Assembly: GCA_964543815.1 (NCBI GenBank)
Contig: CAZIZG010000003.1
Span: 17,833-81,832 of the forward strand
Reading direction: 5' to 3'
From: an uncultured Bdellovibrionales bacterium
GTDB taxonomy: Bacteria > Patescibacteriota > Minisyncoccia > Moranbacterales > UBA1568
DNA: 64,000 bases
Shown: in pieces, positions 30,955-41,450 of the stretch
Layout of the letters: the number at the start of each line of letters is the position of its first letter
Position numbering within the stretch: position 1 is the first letter of the stretch
Notes under the pieces: model-generated
What the model was told of the DNA's origin: nothing
Database searches by the model: none
What the model saw: the letters and a program-made list of their open reading frames with translations, nothing else
Program-made: the position numbers and the translations under genes

Positions 30955-31547
30955 TTTTTTCGCTTCAACCAGAAAAAAAGACTCGTGGCAGCGAGAGCGC
31001 CGAGCGTATCAGCCAACATATCCTTCTGGGCATCCCAGATATCCCCCTGACTACCGAGGTACGCCGCTCCCGCTTCGGGATTCGCCAGAGCCGCATAGAT
31101 CCATTCGATCAGCTCATAGCTCATCGCCACCGTGGCGATAGTAAAGACCGGATACGTAAAAAGAAGGAAACGGTTCGCTACCAACTTGTGACGTGAGAGA
31201 TATTCTGCCAAGGCATACGCATAAAACCCTACTGAGAAATGAGCTATCCGATCAAAATGATTACGAGCAAAACCAAAAAAATCCGTCACCCAATCAAACG
31301 GTACCAAGGCAAAGGTGTAGTGACCACCAATCGTATGCAGATAGACGAGGACAAACATGAGTCCATACGCCAATCGAGAGAAGCGGACTTCGAGCAGATA
31401 CAAACCAAGGATACAAGAAAGAATGATCCACACTGTCAGGTTTTCCACGAACCAGGTCATCCGGTCTATTGGTGCTACCGCAAGCACTGTAAACAGTACC
31501 CCATACACCGCCATGAGCCACCCCAGCCATTTTCCTGATGATTGCAT
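30951..31547 (-). CDS. DUF2238 (YjdF-like) membrane protein
   Basis: W..EN, H..GGHYT...VP, RNHFDR..HF, YELIEW, GSQGDIWDAQKDM. Confidence 0.9.
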   Translation of the reverse strand: MQSSGKWLGWLMAVYGVLFTVLAVAPIDRMTWFVENLTVWIILSCILGLYLLEVRFSRLAYGLMFVLVYLHTIGGHYTFALVPFDWVTDFFGFARNHFDRIAHFSVGFYAYALAEYLSRHKLVANRFLLFTYPVFTIATVAMSYELIEWIYAALANPEAGAAYLGSQGDIWDAQKDMLADTLGALAATSLFFWLKRKK

Positions 31548-31548
31548 A

Positions 31549-31965
31549 TTATTCTTTCGCTTGTTCGGCTACCTGCTGTTCATCCATATAAAAAACCTCC
31601 CAGATATGACCATCAGGATCCTGAAAACTGCGGCCATACATAAATCCATGGTCTTGCGGCTCACGAGCTTCCTCCGCTCCTGCCTCAAGAGCCACTGTCA
31701 TCCGCTCGTCTACTTCTTCCCGACTGTCAACGGAGAGAGCAGTGATAACCTCAGTCATCTTAGTCGCATCGACGACCTCCTTCTTGGTGAACGTCTGAAA
31801 AAAATCCTCAACCAACAACATCACAAAAATATTTTCACTCACCATCATACAGGCTCCATTCTCGTTGGTAAAATCCGGATTAAACTGAAAACCGAGTTTA
31901 CTAAAAAATTCCATAGACACCTGAAGATCCTTGACTGGCAGATTCATAAATATCTTGGTCGCCAT
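31549..31965 (-). CDS. VOC/glyoxalase family protein
   Basis: NLPVKDL..S..FF..LGF, GFMYGRSFQDPDGHIWE. Confidence 0.92.
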   Translation of the reverse strand: MATKIFMNLPVKDLQVSMEFFSKLGFQFNPDFTNENGACMMVSENIFVMLLVEDFFQTFTKKEVVDATKMTEVITALSVDSREEVDERMTVALEAGAEEAREPQDHGFMYGRSFQDPDGHIWEVFYMDEQQVAEQAKE

Positions 31966-32038
31966 ACATGTTTGATAAAGATTAGACCCTATTACCAGGA
32001 TATCACTCCTACGGGAGAAGGCAAAGATAGGCCCACTG

Positions 32039-34105
32039 TCAATACCGAATAAGAGGAAGAAGGGAGTTCGTCGTATCGGTCCACTGGACCGGGACTACGT
32101 TATCAAGTGAGTGTACGGCCTCCCCGGAAAAAGGAGCTCGTTCAAAAATAGTCTGCTCTTGAGCGAAAACCGCCCATTGGGACTCGAAGTACGGAAAAGG
32201 CGGGTCTAGTTCATGTACGAAGCGTCCGAATAACCCAAGTGCCGTATAGCCAGCAACGACTCGTCCCAAATCAAGATGCCGACTCGAGATATGGATGGCG
32301 AGCAACCCATCGGAAGCAAGCATCTGTTGGTAGAGCGTGGCGGCCTCCAGGGTCAACAAATGAGCCGGGACCGTATCATCAGCATAAGCATCAATGATGA
32401 TGATGTCATACGGTCTACCCCCTTCTCGCCAAGAACGCTCCATACCGATACGCCCATCCTCCACGGCTATCGTCGCATTCGGACAACGATCCAGATACGT
32501 AAAGAAACGCTTAGCAATCTCGACTACCTGGGAATCAATTTCAAAAAATGAGAATTGGTCCCCTGATTGGCAATAGGTCGCCAAAACACCCCCGCCCATA
32601 CCAATAACTGCTACCCGGAGCGGCACATCACCCCGTATCATTCGGAGCGTCTCGATTGTTTTTCCGACCCCACTCCCTGGACCATAGTAGGATGCCGATC
32701 CTCCTGCCGCCTCACCGCTCATGACCTGCAACCCATGATTGGTCAAACCATGGATAAGAGTCCGCACCACTCCTCGCTCTGTTTCATACTCCGTGACCGA
32801 CTTGTGACCAAAAAAATTTCGAGCCTGAAAGATACTCTCATGCATGTTTTTTATGAACGCTCCTCCAGCAAAAAACAGGAGGCCAGAGAGGCTCAGCGCA
32901 AAGACGTACACTCGATAACTTCGAAGGAAAGAAATGGTTTCTCCCCCGCCCTGAACAAACTTCTGATAACTGATAAATATTCCAGCCACCACAAGCATAG
33001 ACACAAATTCAATTGGAATAACCAAAAGATAGAGACTCGAAATCATCACCGTGAGACTTCCCACGATACCTCCCAAAGAAAGTGCCGTATAATATAACGC
33101 GATCCGGGAAACATCTGGCCGTTCCCGATACAGCATCTCATGGCAAAGATGATAGACGGCAAATAATGCACCTAGCACCATAACAATTGCTGGCACTGAC
33201 GGAACAAAAGTGACCGCCAGAGGGAGCAGTCCTAAGAAGCACGCCCCAAGCATGAGCCACTCGACTGTTGTCGTTTTTAAAAAACTCCTCTTCTGAAATG
33301 AAACGATAAAACTGATGAGGTAGAGAGCAATGGGTAACACCCAGAGCAGTGGCAATGGAGCGATATCCGTTGTTAACTGACGCGTCCCCGTTACCATGGC
33401 TGCTACCGGTATGGCAGCAAGCAAAACCCAACGCCAGAACTGACGAACCGATACTGTCATTTCCTTTTGAGGAGTCCTCTCGGTTAATTCATGGCTCTTC
33501 ACAGAAAGCAGACAGACACCACAGAGAAGAAATGTGTAGAGCAGAAACCCATATGTCCAGAAATGACCCTGTGCCGGCGTGGAAAGAAATGGTTCAAACA
33601 CAAACGGATAACTGAGTAGCCCAAGCAAGGACCCCACATTCGAAAGACTGTAGAGTGAGAATGGCTCTTTACCAGAAATATTCCCGTACCACGATTGCAG
33701 GAGCGAACTCGTAGTGGAAAGAAGAAAAAATGGTAAACCAACACTAAAGGTCAATACCGAAAGCAATGCCAGAACAGCATCGTGTGACCACAGACCAATA
33801 CTGTCGTATCGTGGCGTGATAGCAGATGGCCACGTTGCCTCATGGGAAAAAAGAACAAAAAGGGTCACCCCGAGAAGTACACCCTGGACCAATACCTGGA
33901 GAGATTGCCTGAGACGAGAAAGACCGAGGACATACAGATACCCCAGAGCCAGGATCAACATGAAGAAAAACATAGCCACAATCCACACCGCTGAACCTCC
34001 CCCGTACCAAGGAAGCACATGTTTACTCAAAAGTGGTTGGACCTGGAAAAGAAGGAAGGAACTCGTAAAAATAGTTGCTGAAAAAAGAAGGTAAGAAACG
34101 GGCAT
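32039..34105 (-). CDS. Membrane protein fused to spermidine-synthase-like methyltransferase
   Basis: LLFQVQP, many TM; VIGMGGG, FEID, DGR, IIIDAY, HISSR. Confidence 0.85.
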   Translation of the reverse strand: MPVSYLLFSATIFTSSFLLFQVQPLLSKHVLPWYGGGSAVWIVAMFFFMLILALGYLYVLGLSRLRQSLQVLVQGVLLGVTLFVLFSHEATWPSAITPRYDSIGLWSHDAVLALLSVLTFSVGLPFFLLSTTSSLLQSWYGNISGKEPFSLYSLSNVGSLLGLLSYPFVFEPFLSTPAQGHFWTYGFLLYTFLLCGVCLLSVKSHELTERTPQKEMTVSVRQFWRWVLLAAIPVAAMVTGTRQLTTDIAPLPLLWVLPIALYLISFIVSFQKRSFLKTTTVEWLMLGACFLGLLPLAVTFVPSVPAIVMVLGALFAVYHLCHEMLYRERPDVSRIALYYTALSLGGIVGSLTVMISSLYLLVIPIEFVSMLVVAGIFISYQKFVQGGGETISFLRSYRVYVFALSLSGLLFFAGGAFIKNMHESIFQARNFFGHKSVTEYETERGVVRTLIHGLTNHGLQVMSGEAAGGSASYYGPGSGVGKTIETLRMIRGDVPLRVAVIGMGGGVLATYCQSGDQFSFFEIDSQVVEIAKRFFTYLDRCPNATIAVEDGRIGMERSWREGGRPYDIIIIDAYADDTVPAHLLTLEAATLYQQMLASDGLLAIHISSRHLDLGRVVAGYTALGLFGRFVHELDPPFPYFESQWAVFAQEQTIFERAPFSGEAVHSLDNVVPVQWTDTTNSLLPLIRY

Positions 34106-34217
34106 AGCTCCTTGGTTAGGTATGAATGGATGTCTATCCTATTAGTGTACCATTGATTATCGCGGATTTTTCAAAAATGCTATACTACCAACAGTAATAA
34201 TTCCTTATCGACCCCGT

Positions 34218-34520
34218 ATGATTGGTAATCCCATGGAGCAGATTCCTCTTGATTTTGGTTCGGAAGAACCAGTCGCCGAAACCCCGACTTCACCCGAAAT
34301 AAAGCTTGAAACTCTCAGTACAGCAGAGTTAGAGAAGCGGTACCAGGAAGCAGTCGGGTATGATCCCGCTCATCGTTTTCTTGATCGCACCGAAGAAGAA
34401 CGACGGGATATCCTCATCGAAGGCATCAACGATCCAGAGGCCGGCAAGGATCGCCTGCGCCAAGAAGATATGGCTGACGATCAGGCCGCAGCCAATTCAA
34501 GTACTTACTGGAAAAAATAA
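34218..34520 (+). CDS. Small acidic hypothetical protein
   Basis: ORF followed by terminator CCGCTCCC-TTTC-GGGAGCGG-TTTT (about 34528-34551); start may be MEQIPLDF. Confidence 0.7.
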   Translation: MIGNPMEQIPLDFGSEEPVAETPTSPEIKLETLSTAELEKRYQEAVGYDPAHRFLDRTEEERRDILIEGINDPEAGKDRLRQEDMADDQAAANSSTYWKK

Positions 34521-34554
34521 CGCCACACCGCTCCCTTTCGGGAGCGGTTTTCTT

Positions 34555-34833
34555 TCAGTACTGGTCCGCTATCCACAGAAGGAAAGTTATGTTTTGGGCC
34601 ATCAAAAGTGGGATACCGATAAGAAAATACCACTTACGTGTCTTGTGATGAAACACGAGCATCCCAAAAAACACCCCTATACTCCCAAAGGCAGTCGCCA
34701 AGAAAAAGAGAAGACCCTCAGATATTCGCTCTGCCCCGCTTTTTCGTGACTGTACTTTGTCCCACAGCATGATGAGAAAAGACACAGCGTTTATTACGAG
34801 AAAAAAGAGTACGAGCCACTGGTAACCAATCAT
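34555..34833 (-). CDS. DUF1294-family protein
   Basis: DK..S....RISE..L......GS.G...GM..FHHKTRK. Confidence 0.9.
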   Translation of the reverse strand: MIGYQWLVLFFLVINAVSFLIMLWDKVQSRKSGAERISEGLLFFLATAFGSIGVFFGMLVFHHKTRKWYFLIGIPLLMAQNITFLLWIADQY

Positions 34834-34836
34834 AAA

Positions 34837-36057
34837 CTACATCCCTTCATTATCCTTCGGGTGGTTTCCAAATTGATCACCCTGGAGGGGTACTGGAGAC
34901 GAAGTCGGGGTAAGCATACTCGGCGCAAAATTCTGACCAAGTGGTGCGGTCACCGTGTCACAACTCCGACCCGATCCGTGTTCATGCCAAACCGTATTTC
35001 CAACATAATTATTGGCTCTTGTTTCAGGACTCATCGTGAGAGCAAACGTGGCACACAGTTCGAACTCTCCCACTCGGGTCATGCCAACCGTACGCGACGG
35101 AGTGACGACACGGTACTCATAGGGTAGCGCCGTCTCCGGATCCGTCATATAACCAGAACAGTAGCTGTACTGACTCGACTGTTTGAGTTCTGCGAGACTC
35201 TCTGGGAGCATCCCAAGACTATTCGTATACTGTTCGATACAACTTGAGAGGGTACTCAGGTTATCCGCCCGAGTCTGATCAAACGTCCGATTACGCTGTG
35301 AAGAAGGCGAGCCCCCAGCCACAAACCCTAACCCTATCGCAAGAACCACTACCAATGCTACTGCCTTGCCAAAATTCTGAAAGGTACTCCGGGCAATATC
35401 GACATGATACTGAATCTTTTTCCGTTCCAAATAGTAAAAACCAAAGATGGCTCCGGCAATAGCCAGAATAACGAGCGCTTTGAGAAAAAACCGCACGGTG
35501 ATTTCGCCTTGGAGAAACGTAAAAACAATCGCGATAAGATCCCCGACGATAGTGACCGCAGTCACCAAAAGCACCAAGTAGGTCAACCATTTGGACAGTT
35601 TAGATTCAGTCCGTCCTTCATCTTCGCGAAACTTTCGAAACCACAATCGCATCGCAAAAAAATACAGCGGGAACCCGATAAGAAGTGCCGCAATGGAATA
35701 GTGTATCGAACTCATGGCAGCGCTCGTACCGTACCAGTTCGTACTATCAAGCGCATCAGGAAGCTGCAGGTTAATCACCTGAAATAAAAGAGTGCCAAGG
35801 GCGGAGGCAACGATACCAAGAAGAATAAATGAGAAAAAATTAATGACTACATCAACCGTCGAAGCCTTACGAGACAACGTGGCCCGGTTACCCTCACTTG
35901 GAACCGGTGCCCCGAGTGCGACTACAGCTGCCCGATAGGCTTCCTCTGTCTCGTCCTCTGTCCAACCAAGAGCAGTGAGTTCTTCATGCAACTCCGTCTT
36001 GGTTATGCCGGTTCGCATCCGACCAAGCACGTACTCCGACAATGTCTCGGGAATCAT
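34837..36057 (-). CDS. DUF5671-type membrane protein
   Basis: About 5 TM with A.LLIGFP and GDL...FL.GE.T.RF..K; extracellular C-terminal with LP.SL and DP.T..PYEY. Confidence 0.7.
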   Translation of the reverse strand: MIPETLSEYVLGRMRTGITKTELHEELTALGWTEDETEEAYRAAVVALGAPVPSEGNRATLSRKASTVDVVINFFSFILLGIVASALGTLLFQVINLQLPDALDSTNWYGTSAAMSSIHYSIAALLIGFPLYFFAMRLWFRKFREDEGRTESKLSKWLTYLVLLVTAVTIVGDLIAIVFTFLQGEITVRFFLKALVILAIAGAIFGFYYLERKKIQYHVDIARSTFQNFGKAVALVVVLAIGLGFVAGGSPSSQRNRTFDQTRADNLSTLSSCIEQYTNSLGMLPESLAELKQSSQYSYCSGYMTDPETALPYEYRVVTPSRTVGMTRVGEFELCATFALTMSPETRANNYVGNTVWHEHGSGRSCDTVTAPLGQNFAPSMLTPTSSPVPLQGDQFGNHPKDNEGM

Positions 36058-36167
36058 AAAAATGAAGTGAGCAATTACACCTTTATTATAGCACTTCCCA
36101 AATTCGAGCAAAGAAAAACGGGGAGATGAGCATCATCTTCCCCGAAAGCAGTATCCGGAAATCAGGA

Positions 36168-36602
36168 CTACTGCTGCTTGTCTGGGCCAGCCTTCGGCGA
36201 CCTCGTATCGGTGGTGGTTGCAGCCACCGTCTTCACCTTCGGATCACCCTTGGGTGGCAACTTCTTGGCAGCGACCTTCTTGGCCGAAGCCGAAGCAGCG
36301 ACCGGAGCAGGTGAAACAACCACGGCAGCTGGCGAGGGAGCGGGCGGCGGTGTTTCCGCCGCGGGTGCAGGCGAAGGCGACGCTTGCGACCTGACACCAG
36401 CCACATCAGCGGCAGCATCTATGCCCGCGATGTTCGCGCGGCCAGCGGTTGCCATGAGGCTCTGGTTGTTGGGATCATCAGCGCCGGTCAGCTTGGCGGT
36501 CCAGGCCTTGCCGGCATCCACCATGCTCGAAACGGTACCACAACCCGCGAGGGACAGCAGCGAGACGAATGCTCCGAGGAGCACGAAACGACTCTTGTTC
36601 AC
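36168..36602 (-). CDS. Ala/Pro/Lys-rich lipoprotein (SD-led GC-rich unit)
   Basis: Lipobox LSLAG-C; AAGGAG SD before GTG; TTGCGG (36673-36668)-N17-TATAAA; hairpin plus T-run at about 36110-36145. Confidence 0.75.
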   Translation of the reverse strand: MNKSRFVLLGAFVSLLSLAGCGTVSSMVDAGKAWTAKLTGADDPNNQSLMATAGRANIAGIDAAADVAGVRSQASPSPAPAAETPPPAPSPAAVVVSPAPVAASASAKKVAAKKLPPKGDPKVKTVAATTTDTRSPKAGPDKQQ

Positions 36603-36685
36603 GAGAACACTCCTTGAAACACCGAATCACCTATCGGCACCTTCTTTATAGCTTCTTTTGATATTTCCCGCAATACTCCTCTCTC

Positions 36686-36928
36686 TTATTGAGTACACAA
36701 CATAAGTTTTTCAGACCGAGATATTTTTTTGACCCGTGCCTCCTCCTCAGCCGCGCGGGAACGAGTGCGGAAGCGCTTCGTGTAACGAAGCGTCACTGGC
36801 CGCCGACTCCTCGTATACTTAGCGCCCCGCGGAGAAGTATTGTGTTCCTTGAGGCGCCTCGTCACATCAGTCGTGATTCCAGTGTAGAGTGTCCCATCGG
36901 CACACTCGAGTATATAGAGCGTATACAT
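36686..36928 (-). CDS. GIY-YIG nuclease (UPF0213/YazA-like)
   Basis: [33 protein letters not shown]. Confidence 0.9.
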   Translation of the reverse strand: MYTLYILECADGTLYTGITTDVTRRLKEHNTSPRGAKYTRSRRPVTLRYTKRFRTRSRAAEEEARVKKISRSEKLMLCTQ

Positions 36929-36950
36929 ACAAAAAACTTTACTCCAGCCA

Positions 36951-37628
36951 TCAACTCACCACTCGCCAGAATTTCTCCGCAAGATTAGACAAGCGACCAG
37001 TGTTGCCAGCCAGAGAAAAGAGGATCGCCCCGTAGACCGCGAGATTAATAAGGGTATCATCGGAACGTAACTTGAGCGCACTCCCAAGCGCCTTGTTGGG
37101 AATAAAGGGTGTGCCATGAAAATTAACCGCTGCATACAGCTCATCCAAGACGAGGTGTCCGATATAGCCCGCTATCATCGCCATCCCGAGAATAAACGCC
37201 TCCATATCGGCAAAAGAAAAGTGTCCGGCCAGGAAAAATGTCACCAGTCCCGCGAGTAATGCCGCCGGCAGAGAGTGAGCCATCCCCCGATGACGCGTAA
37301 AACGTTTGAAGAAAAATCCTACCACGAGATACACAAACGCGAACGACCCGACCGACCACTCGATGATTCGCCACACATCATGCGGAGTTTCCTGATGGGC
37401 CGATGATCCCGTCATCACTGCTGCTACGAGCGCAAACGAACCAAATGAAACATGGAACGGGATACCAGAGTCACTGTCCATATCAGGAAGTACTGATCCA
37501 AGGACAGCCGCTACAAACACGACCGAAAGAAAACTCGGCGCATCGAAATACGCGAGTGAGATAAGTCCGGCCGCCCCGAGAATACCTGAGGCGATACCGA
37601 GCGAAACGTGAGATCGAAAACTAGCCAT
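36951..37628 (-). CDS. Membrane-bound metal-dependent hydrolase (YdjM-like)
   Basis: H near N-terminus, LPDMD, HRG..HS, HL.LD. Confidence 0.85.
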   Translation of the reverse strand: MASFRSHVSLGIASGILGAAGLISLAYFDAPSFLSVVFVAAVLGSVLPDMDSDSGIPFHVSFGSFALVAAVMTGSSAHQETPHDVWRIIEWSVGSFAFVYLVVGFFFKRFTRHRGMAHSLPAALLAGLVTFFLAGHFSFADMEAFILGMAMIAGYIGHLVLDELYAAVNFHGTPFIPNKALGSALKLRSDDTLINLAVYGAILFSLAGNTGRLSNLAEKFWRVVS

Positions 37629-37715
37629 AAGAAAGATACCTTGAGTATACCATTGGCCGGTAATCCCAGACAAAAGAAAAAACCACTCACAGAGATTCTG
37701 AAGAGTGGCGGACGT

Positions 37716-38549
37716 CTACGTCACAGCAGGAAGGGCAAGGAGATTAAGTCGGGCGAACTGATGGGCCAGCATAAGCGCCGGCTTGAGTTGATTCATGAGA
37801 GCGACATGCCGGTTGATGTTCGGGATAACGCGCAGTTCGGCAAGCGCCTCCACATACCTCCGTTCCATCCCAAGCAGTTCATGAAACAAATCGACCGAAT
37901 GGGCGATATTGAGACGTTGGTAGTGTGCTCTGACGACCGCCTTACTGTCATCAGTCAAATCGAAATCCGGCGCCAGACACTGAAGCATCTTGCGAGCCGC
38001 ATGAACCGGAAATGACAGGGCCTTGCCCAGGACGGCAGCGAGTTCGGCGTCACTCATGACGGCGAGACTTTCGAGGGCCCGATCGAAGCTTCCGCACTTA
38101 CGCACCAAGTAACCATGAACCTCTTCGAGGTAGGTCATACGCTTGGGTGCGATATACGACAGCGGGTCCTCTTTGATGATGCCACCGGCACAGGCTGCCC
38201 CACAGAGGTGAGCGTGGTACATCGGGTAGAACGAATGACTCCCCCGCAAAGCGAGTTCACTGTCCACTGCGATGATGCGCAGCGGCACGAATCGGCCAGC
38301 CGCAGCCGAGCGCAGATGTTGCTGGAGCGAGACGATGATCTCCTGCGTCCCGGGGCGATAGATGAGCAAAGCATCGATGTCGCTCCGCTCATCGCAGTCG
38401 CCCCGGAGAGTCGATCCGTAGAGCAATGCCCCGATGACCGCCGGTTCCGCCGCCAGGTCACGCCGCAATTGATTGCTGATATACGAAAATGCTTCAGGAC
38501 GCGGGATAGCATCCGTCCGAAGCTCGTCCCAGGTAAAAACACGGGCCAT
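37716..38549 (-). CDS. Nucleotidyltransferase-domain protein with helical C-terminus (SD-led GC-rich unit)
   Basis: LYGSTLRG....SDID; GAGGGG SD; TTGACT (38622-38617)-N17-TACGAT; hairpin plus T-run at about 37672-37708. Confidence 0.75.
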   Translation of the reverse strand: MARVFTWDELRTDAIPRPEAFSYISNQLRRDLAAEPAVIGALLYGSTLRGDCDERSDIDALLIYRPGTQEIIVSLQQHLRSAAAGRFVPLRIIAVDSELALRGSHSFYPMYHAHLCGAACAGGIIKEDPLSYIAPKRMTYLEEVHGYLVRKCGSFDRALESLAVMSDAELAAVLGKALSFPVHAARKMLQCLAPDFDLTDDSKAVVRAHYQRLNIAHSVDLFHELLGMERRYVEALAELRVIPNINRHVALMNQLKPALMLAHQFARLNLLALPAVT

Positions 38550-38671
38550 GGATACCCCCTCATAGTTATGAGTTGTCAAAAAAACGATAGTGCATCGTAG
38601 CGAAAAATTACCTGAAAGTCAACAAAAATCCCCCCTTAGGGGGATCGAGAAAACCAAGAAAGAAAAAATAT

Positions 38672-39892
38672 CTACACTACTCGAATGGCCTCATCAAGAG
38701 TGGTTACGCCGTTCATGACCAAATTGACTGCGTTTTGACGGAGCGTGGTCATCCCAGTTTTTTCGGCATACATCTGAAGTTCATTCATCGAAGCCTTATC
38801 CACAATCATGGCCCGCAGTTCATCGTCAAAGATAAGCACCTCAAACACTCCGGTCCGTCCCCGATATCCGGTATGGTTACACTCGTCACAGCCTGCCCCA
38901 CGCCGATAGTTCACTGACATACCCTGCATCCCGAGGAGGTTGATATACTCAGCACGTGGCGTCTGATCCGGGGCGCTACATGACGGACAAATCTTGCGTA
39001 CCAACCGCTGAGCGATAACGCCGCGGATAGCATACGCGATCATACCGCGTTCGATATTCAAATCAATCAGACGAGCGATAGCACCAATAGTGGTGTTGGC
39101 ATGAAGGGTCGAATACACCATCCGACCGGTGAGTGACGCCTGGAGAGCATGGTCAGCCGTCTCAGCATCACGAATTTCTCCAATCATCATCACGTCCGGA
39201 TCCTGACGGAGAATACTCTTCATGCCCTTGGCAAATGTGAAGCCAATTTCCGGCAAAATCTGACTCTGGCGCATATCATCGATGAACACTTCCACCGGAT
39301 CTTCAAGCGTCATGATATTGCGCTCCTTGCGATTGATTTCCATGAGCATCGAGTACAGCGTCGTTGTCTTGCCGGAACCAGTCGGACCAGTCGTGAGTAT
39401 CATGCCGTAACTTGCCATAGTCAGTTGACGAACCCGCAGACGGATATCCTCATCAAATCCGATATCGTCAAGCGAAATGAGCATATCGGAACGATTGAGG
39501 AGTCGCAGCACTGCCGTCGGACCATTGACCGTCGGAAACATAGACACGCGCACATCGATGATGCGCTCCTTACCATCAGTTTCATCCTGAAACTTCACCG
39601 CGAAATGACCATCTTCTGGTAGCCGCACTGGTCCCACCTCCATATTGGCCAGTACCTTGAGTCGATTGATGACATGCTCATGATCATCCTTCGACAAATG
39701 TTCGTAGGTTTGGAGCACACCATCCACCCGAAAACGCACCAACACTTCATTGGGCATCGCTTCGACGTGGACATCAGAGCTCCCCTGACGAGCCGCTTCA
39801 CGCACCATAGGCGTCACGAGGTCAGCCCCGGTCGCGTCCCGCAGTACGATACTGCCCTCAAGTGGCGTTCCTAATTCGGTAGTCGTATTCAT
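38672..39892 (-). CDS. GspE/PilB-family secretion ATPase (N-terminally short)
   Basis: SDVHVE, GPTGSGKTTT, LEDPVE, RQDPD, GEIRD, CPSC..CDEC Zn motif, GY.GR. Confidence 0.92.
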   Translation of the reverse strand: MNTTTELGTPLEGSIVLRDATGADLVTPMVREAARQGSSDVHVEAMPNEVLVRFRVDGVLQTYEHLSKDDHEHVINRLKVLANMEVGPVRLPEDGHFAVKFQDETDGKERIIDVRVSMFPTVNGPTAVLRLLNRSDMLISLDDIGFDEDIRLRVRQLTMASYGMILTTGPTGSGKTTTLYSMLMEINRKERNIMTLEDPVEVFIDDMRQSQILPEIGFTFAKGMKSILRQDPDVMMIGEIRDAETADHALQASLTGRMVYSTLHANTTIGAIARLIDLNIERGMIAYAIRGVIAQRLVRKICPSCSAPDQTPRAEYINLLGMQGMSVNYRRGAGCDECNHTGYRGRTGVFEVLIFDDELRAMIVDKASMNELQMYAEKTGMTTLRQNAVNLVMNGVTTLDEAIRVV

Positions 39893-39962
39893 ATGAATGG
39901 AGTATATCACACCCATCTTTCCCATGAAAAAAGAGCCGTGGGGGCTCTTAGAGAGAAGTGAA

Positions 39963-40307
39963 CTAGGTCGCTCGAGCGGCCTTCAGCTTGAGTTCGGCGA
40001 TTGCCCTCTTGAAGCCTGCTTGTCGCTGAAGCACTGGCTTCGGACGGACGAGAAAGTCTGCCGATTCGAGCCGCGCACCACCGGTTTCTTCACGCTTCCA
40101 GTAGTTGATACGGACTCGCTTGTCCTGCTTGCTCATCGCGTAGATGAGCTTCATGTGCTTGAATTCAGGAATCTCGCACACGTTGTGGTTGTTTCCTTGG
40201 GTGTCCTCCTGACCACTCAGCCAGTTCTCCACAACCGCGAGCTGACTCAGGAGCGCGCTCACTCGCTCTACGGCTTCAGGAGTATGTAGCTCAACAAAGT
40301 ATTTCAA
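39963..40307 (-). CDS. Hypothetical 114-aa protein (SD-led unit)
   Basis: GGAGG 5 nt before TTG (alternative ATG at 40319); divergent from 40498 gene. Confidence 0.65.
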   Translation of the reverse strand: MKYFVELHTPEAVERVSALLSQLAVVENWLSGQEDTQGNNHNVCEIPEFKHMKLIYAMSKQDKRVRINYWKREETGGARLESADFLVRPKPVLQRQAGFKRAIAELKLKAARAT

Positions 40308-40497
40308 GGGTGCCTCCATGAGGAATGCGATGGGAACGCTGTCCCACAGTGGACATACGATACCACATCCGAGAAAAAAATCAAGGAATGGATCCGGACA
40401 TTCTTTTCTTGACAATTTGTTCATTTCCGGGGAAAATACTATGTCTGCCTGCCACATGGCGGATTTTTGTCCCTCCCACAACTCCAAGGAGTATCAC

Positions 40498-41115
40498 GTG
40501 CACATCATCATCGCCCCCTGTTTCACCAACGGTGACCTCCCGGGCAACGCCCTGGAACTATGTGAGCTGTTCATGCTCCGCCGTGAAGAAGAGGTGCCGA
40601 TCGAAAGCTACACCATCGTCTACGATGGCAAGGAACACGTGGCTCAGGTCGGCCCCGGCAATCACCAGCCGGCCCTCTTCCTTCTCTACTGCATGACCAA
40701 GTCGGCCGCTCCGGCCTTCGAGTTCACGCCTGAGATGCGCCAGCTCGCCCGAGACTACTTCGGTGACGAGATCATGGCAAGCGCCATCCCCTTCGACACC
40801 CGGTACACGACCGTCCACGCCCTCCACGGCCATACGGTCTACATCCGTCTCACCCTCAAGCCGGGCTATCGCAACTGCATGGCCGCCAGCCGCACGGTCG
40901 AGGAAGTCATTGCGCACGGCTGGGACATGCAGGCAGAACTCGGGCCGCAATCGGAAGCGCCCTTCCTGCGCCTGGCCCTCGAACGGTTCTTCGCAGCCAT
41001 CGAAGCAAGGACGCTGCAAGTGGCCGATACCGAGCGGGGACCCTGGCCGACACCCATGTGGGCTGACCGAGCCACCACGCTGCAGCAACTCCTCGGCCAG
41101 ACCGAGACCACCTAA
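40498..41115 (+). CDS. Hypothetical 205-aa protein, paralog of 54986..55606
   Basis: AAGGAG SD before GTG; TTGACA at 40409-40414; terminator AAGCCCG..CGGGCTTTTT; strong GC3 bias. Confidence 0.8.
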   Translation: MHIIIAPCFTNGDLPGNALELCELFMLRREEEVPIESYTIVYDGKEHVAQVGPGNHQPALFLLYCMTKSAAPAFEFTPEMRQLARDYFGDEIMASAIPFDTRYTTVHALHGHTVYIRLTLKPGYRNCMAASRTVEEVIAHGWDMQAELGPQSEAPFLRLALERFFAAIEARTLQVADTERGPWPTPMWADRATTLQQLLGQTETT

Positions 41116-41198
41116 TCCGCAACGCGGAGACATACAAGCCCGACTCATGCCGGGCTTTTTATTATGCAACTCTTGATACATCGCCTCCGAAAGGAAAG

Positions 41199-41414
41199 CT
41201 ATGACTGTTTCGAATCCGTTGATCCAGTCTCGATTTTACACGTAGAAATTCCGAAGAGTGAATACAACGCACAGAAACGCATGACTCCCGTGAGAAAAAC
41301 GACGATACCAACTGCGACAAGCCACCACATCATCGAGAGGGAGCCGTACCCAACCAGGATAGCCCCTAAAACCATGCGCACGAGACGATCCACACCTCCA
41401 ACATTTTGTTTCAT
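41199..41414 (-). CDS. DUF2892 (YgaP-like) membrane protein
   Basis: NVG..DR..R, FC.LY..FGISTC. Confidence 0.9.
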   Translation of the reverse strand: MKQNVGGVDRLVRMVLGAILVGYGSLSMMWWLVAVGIVVFLTGVMRFCALYSLFGISTCKIETGSTDSKQS

Positions 41415-41450
41415 AACAAAAACGTTACTATTTATATCTGTAGTGTAACA

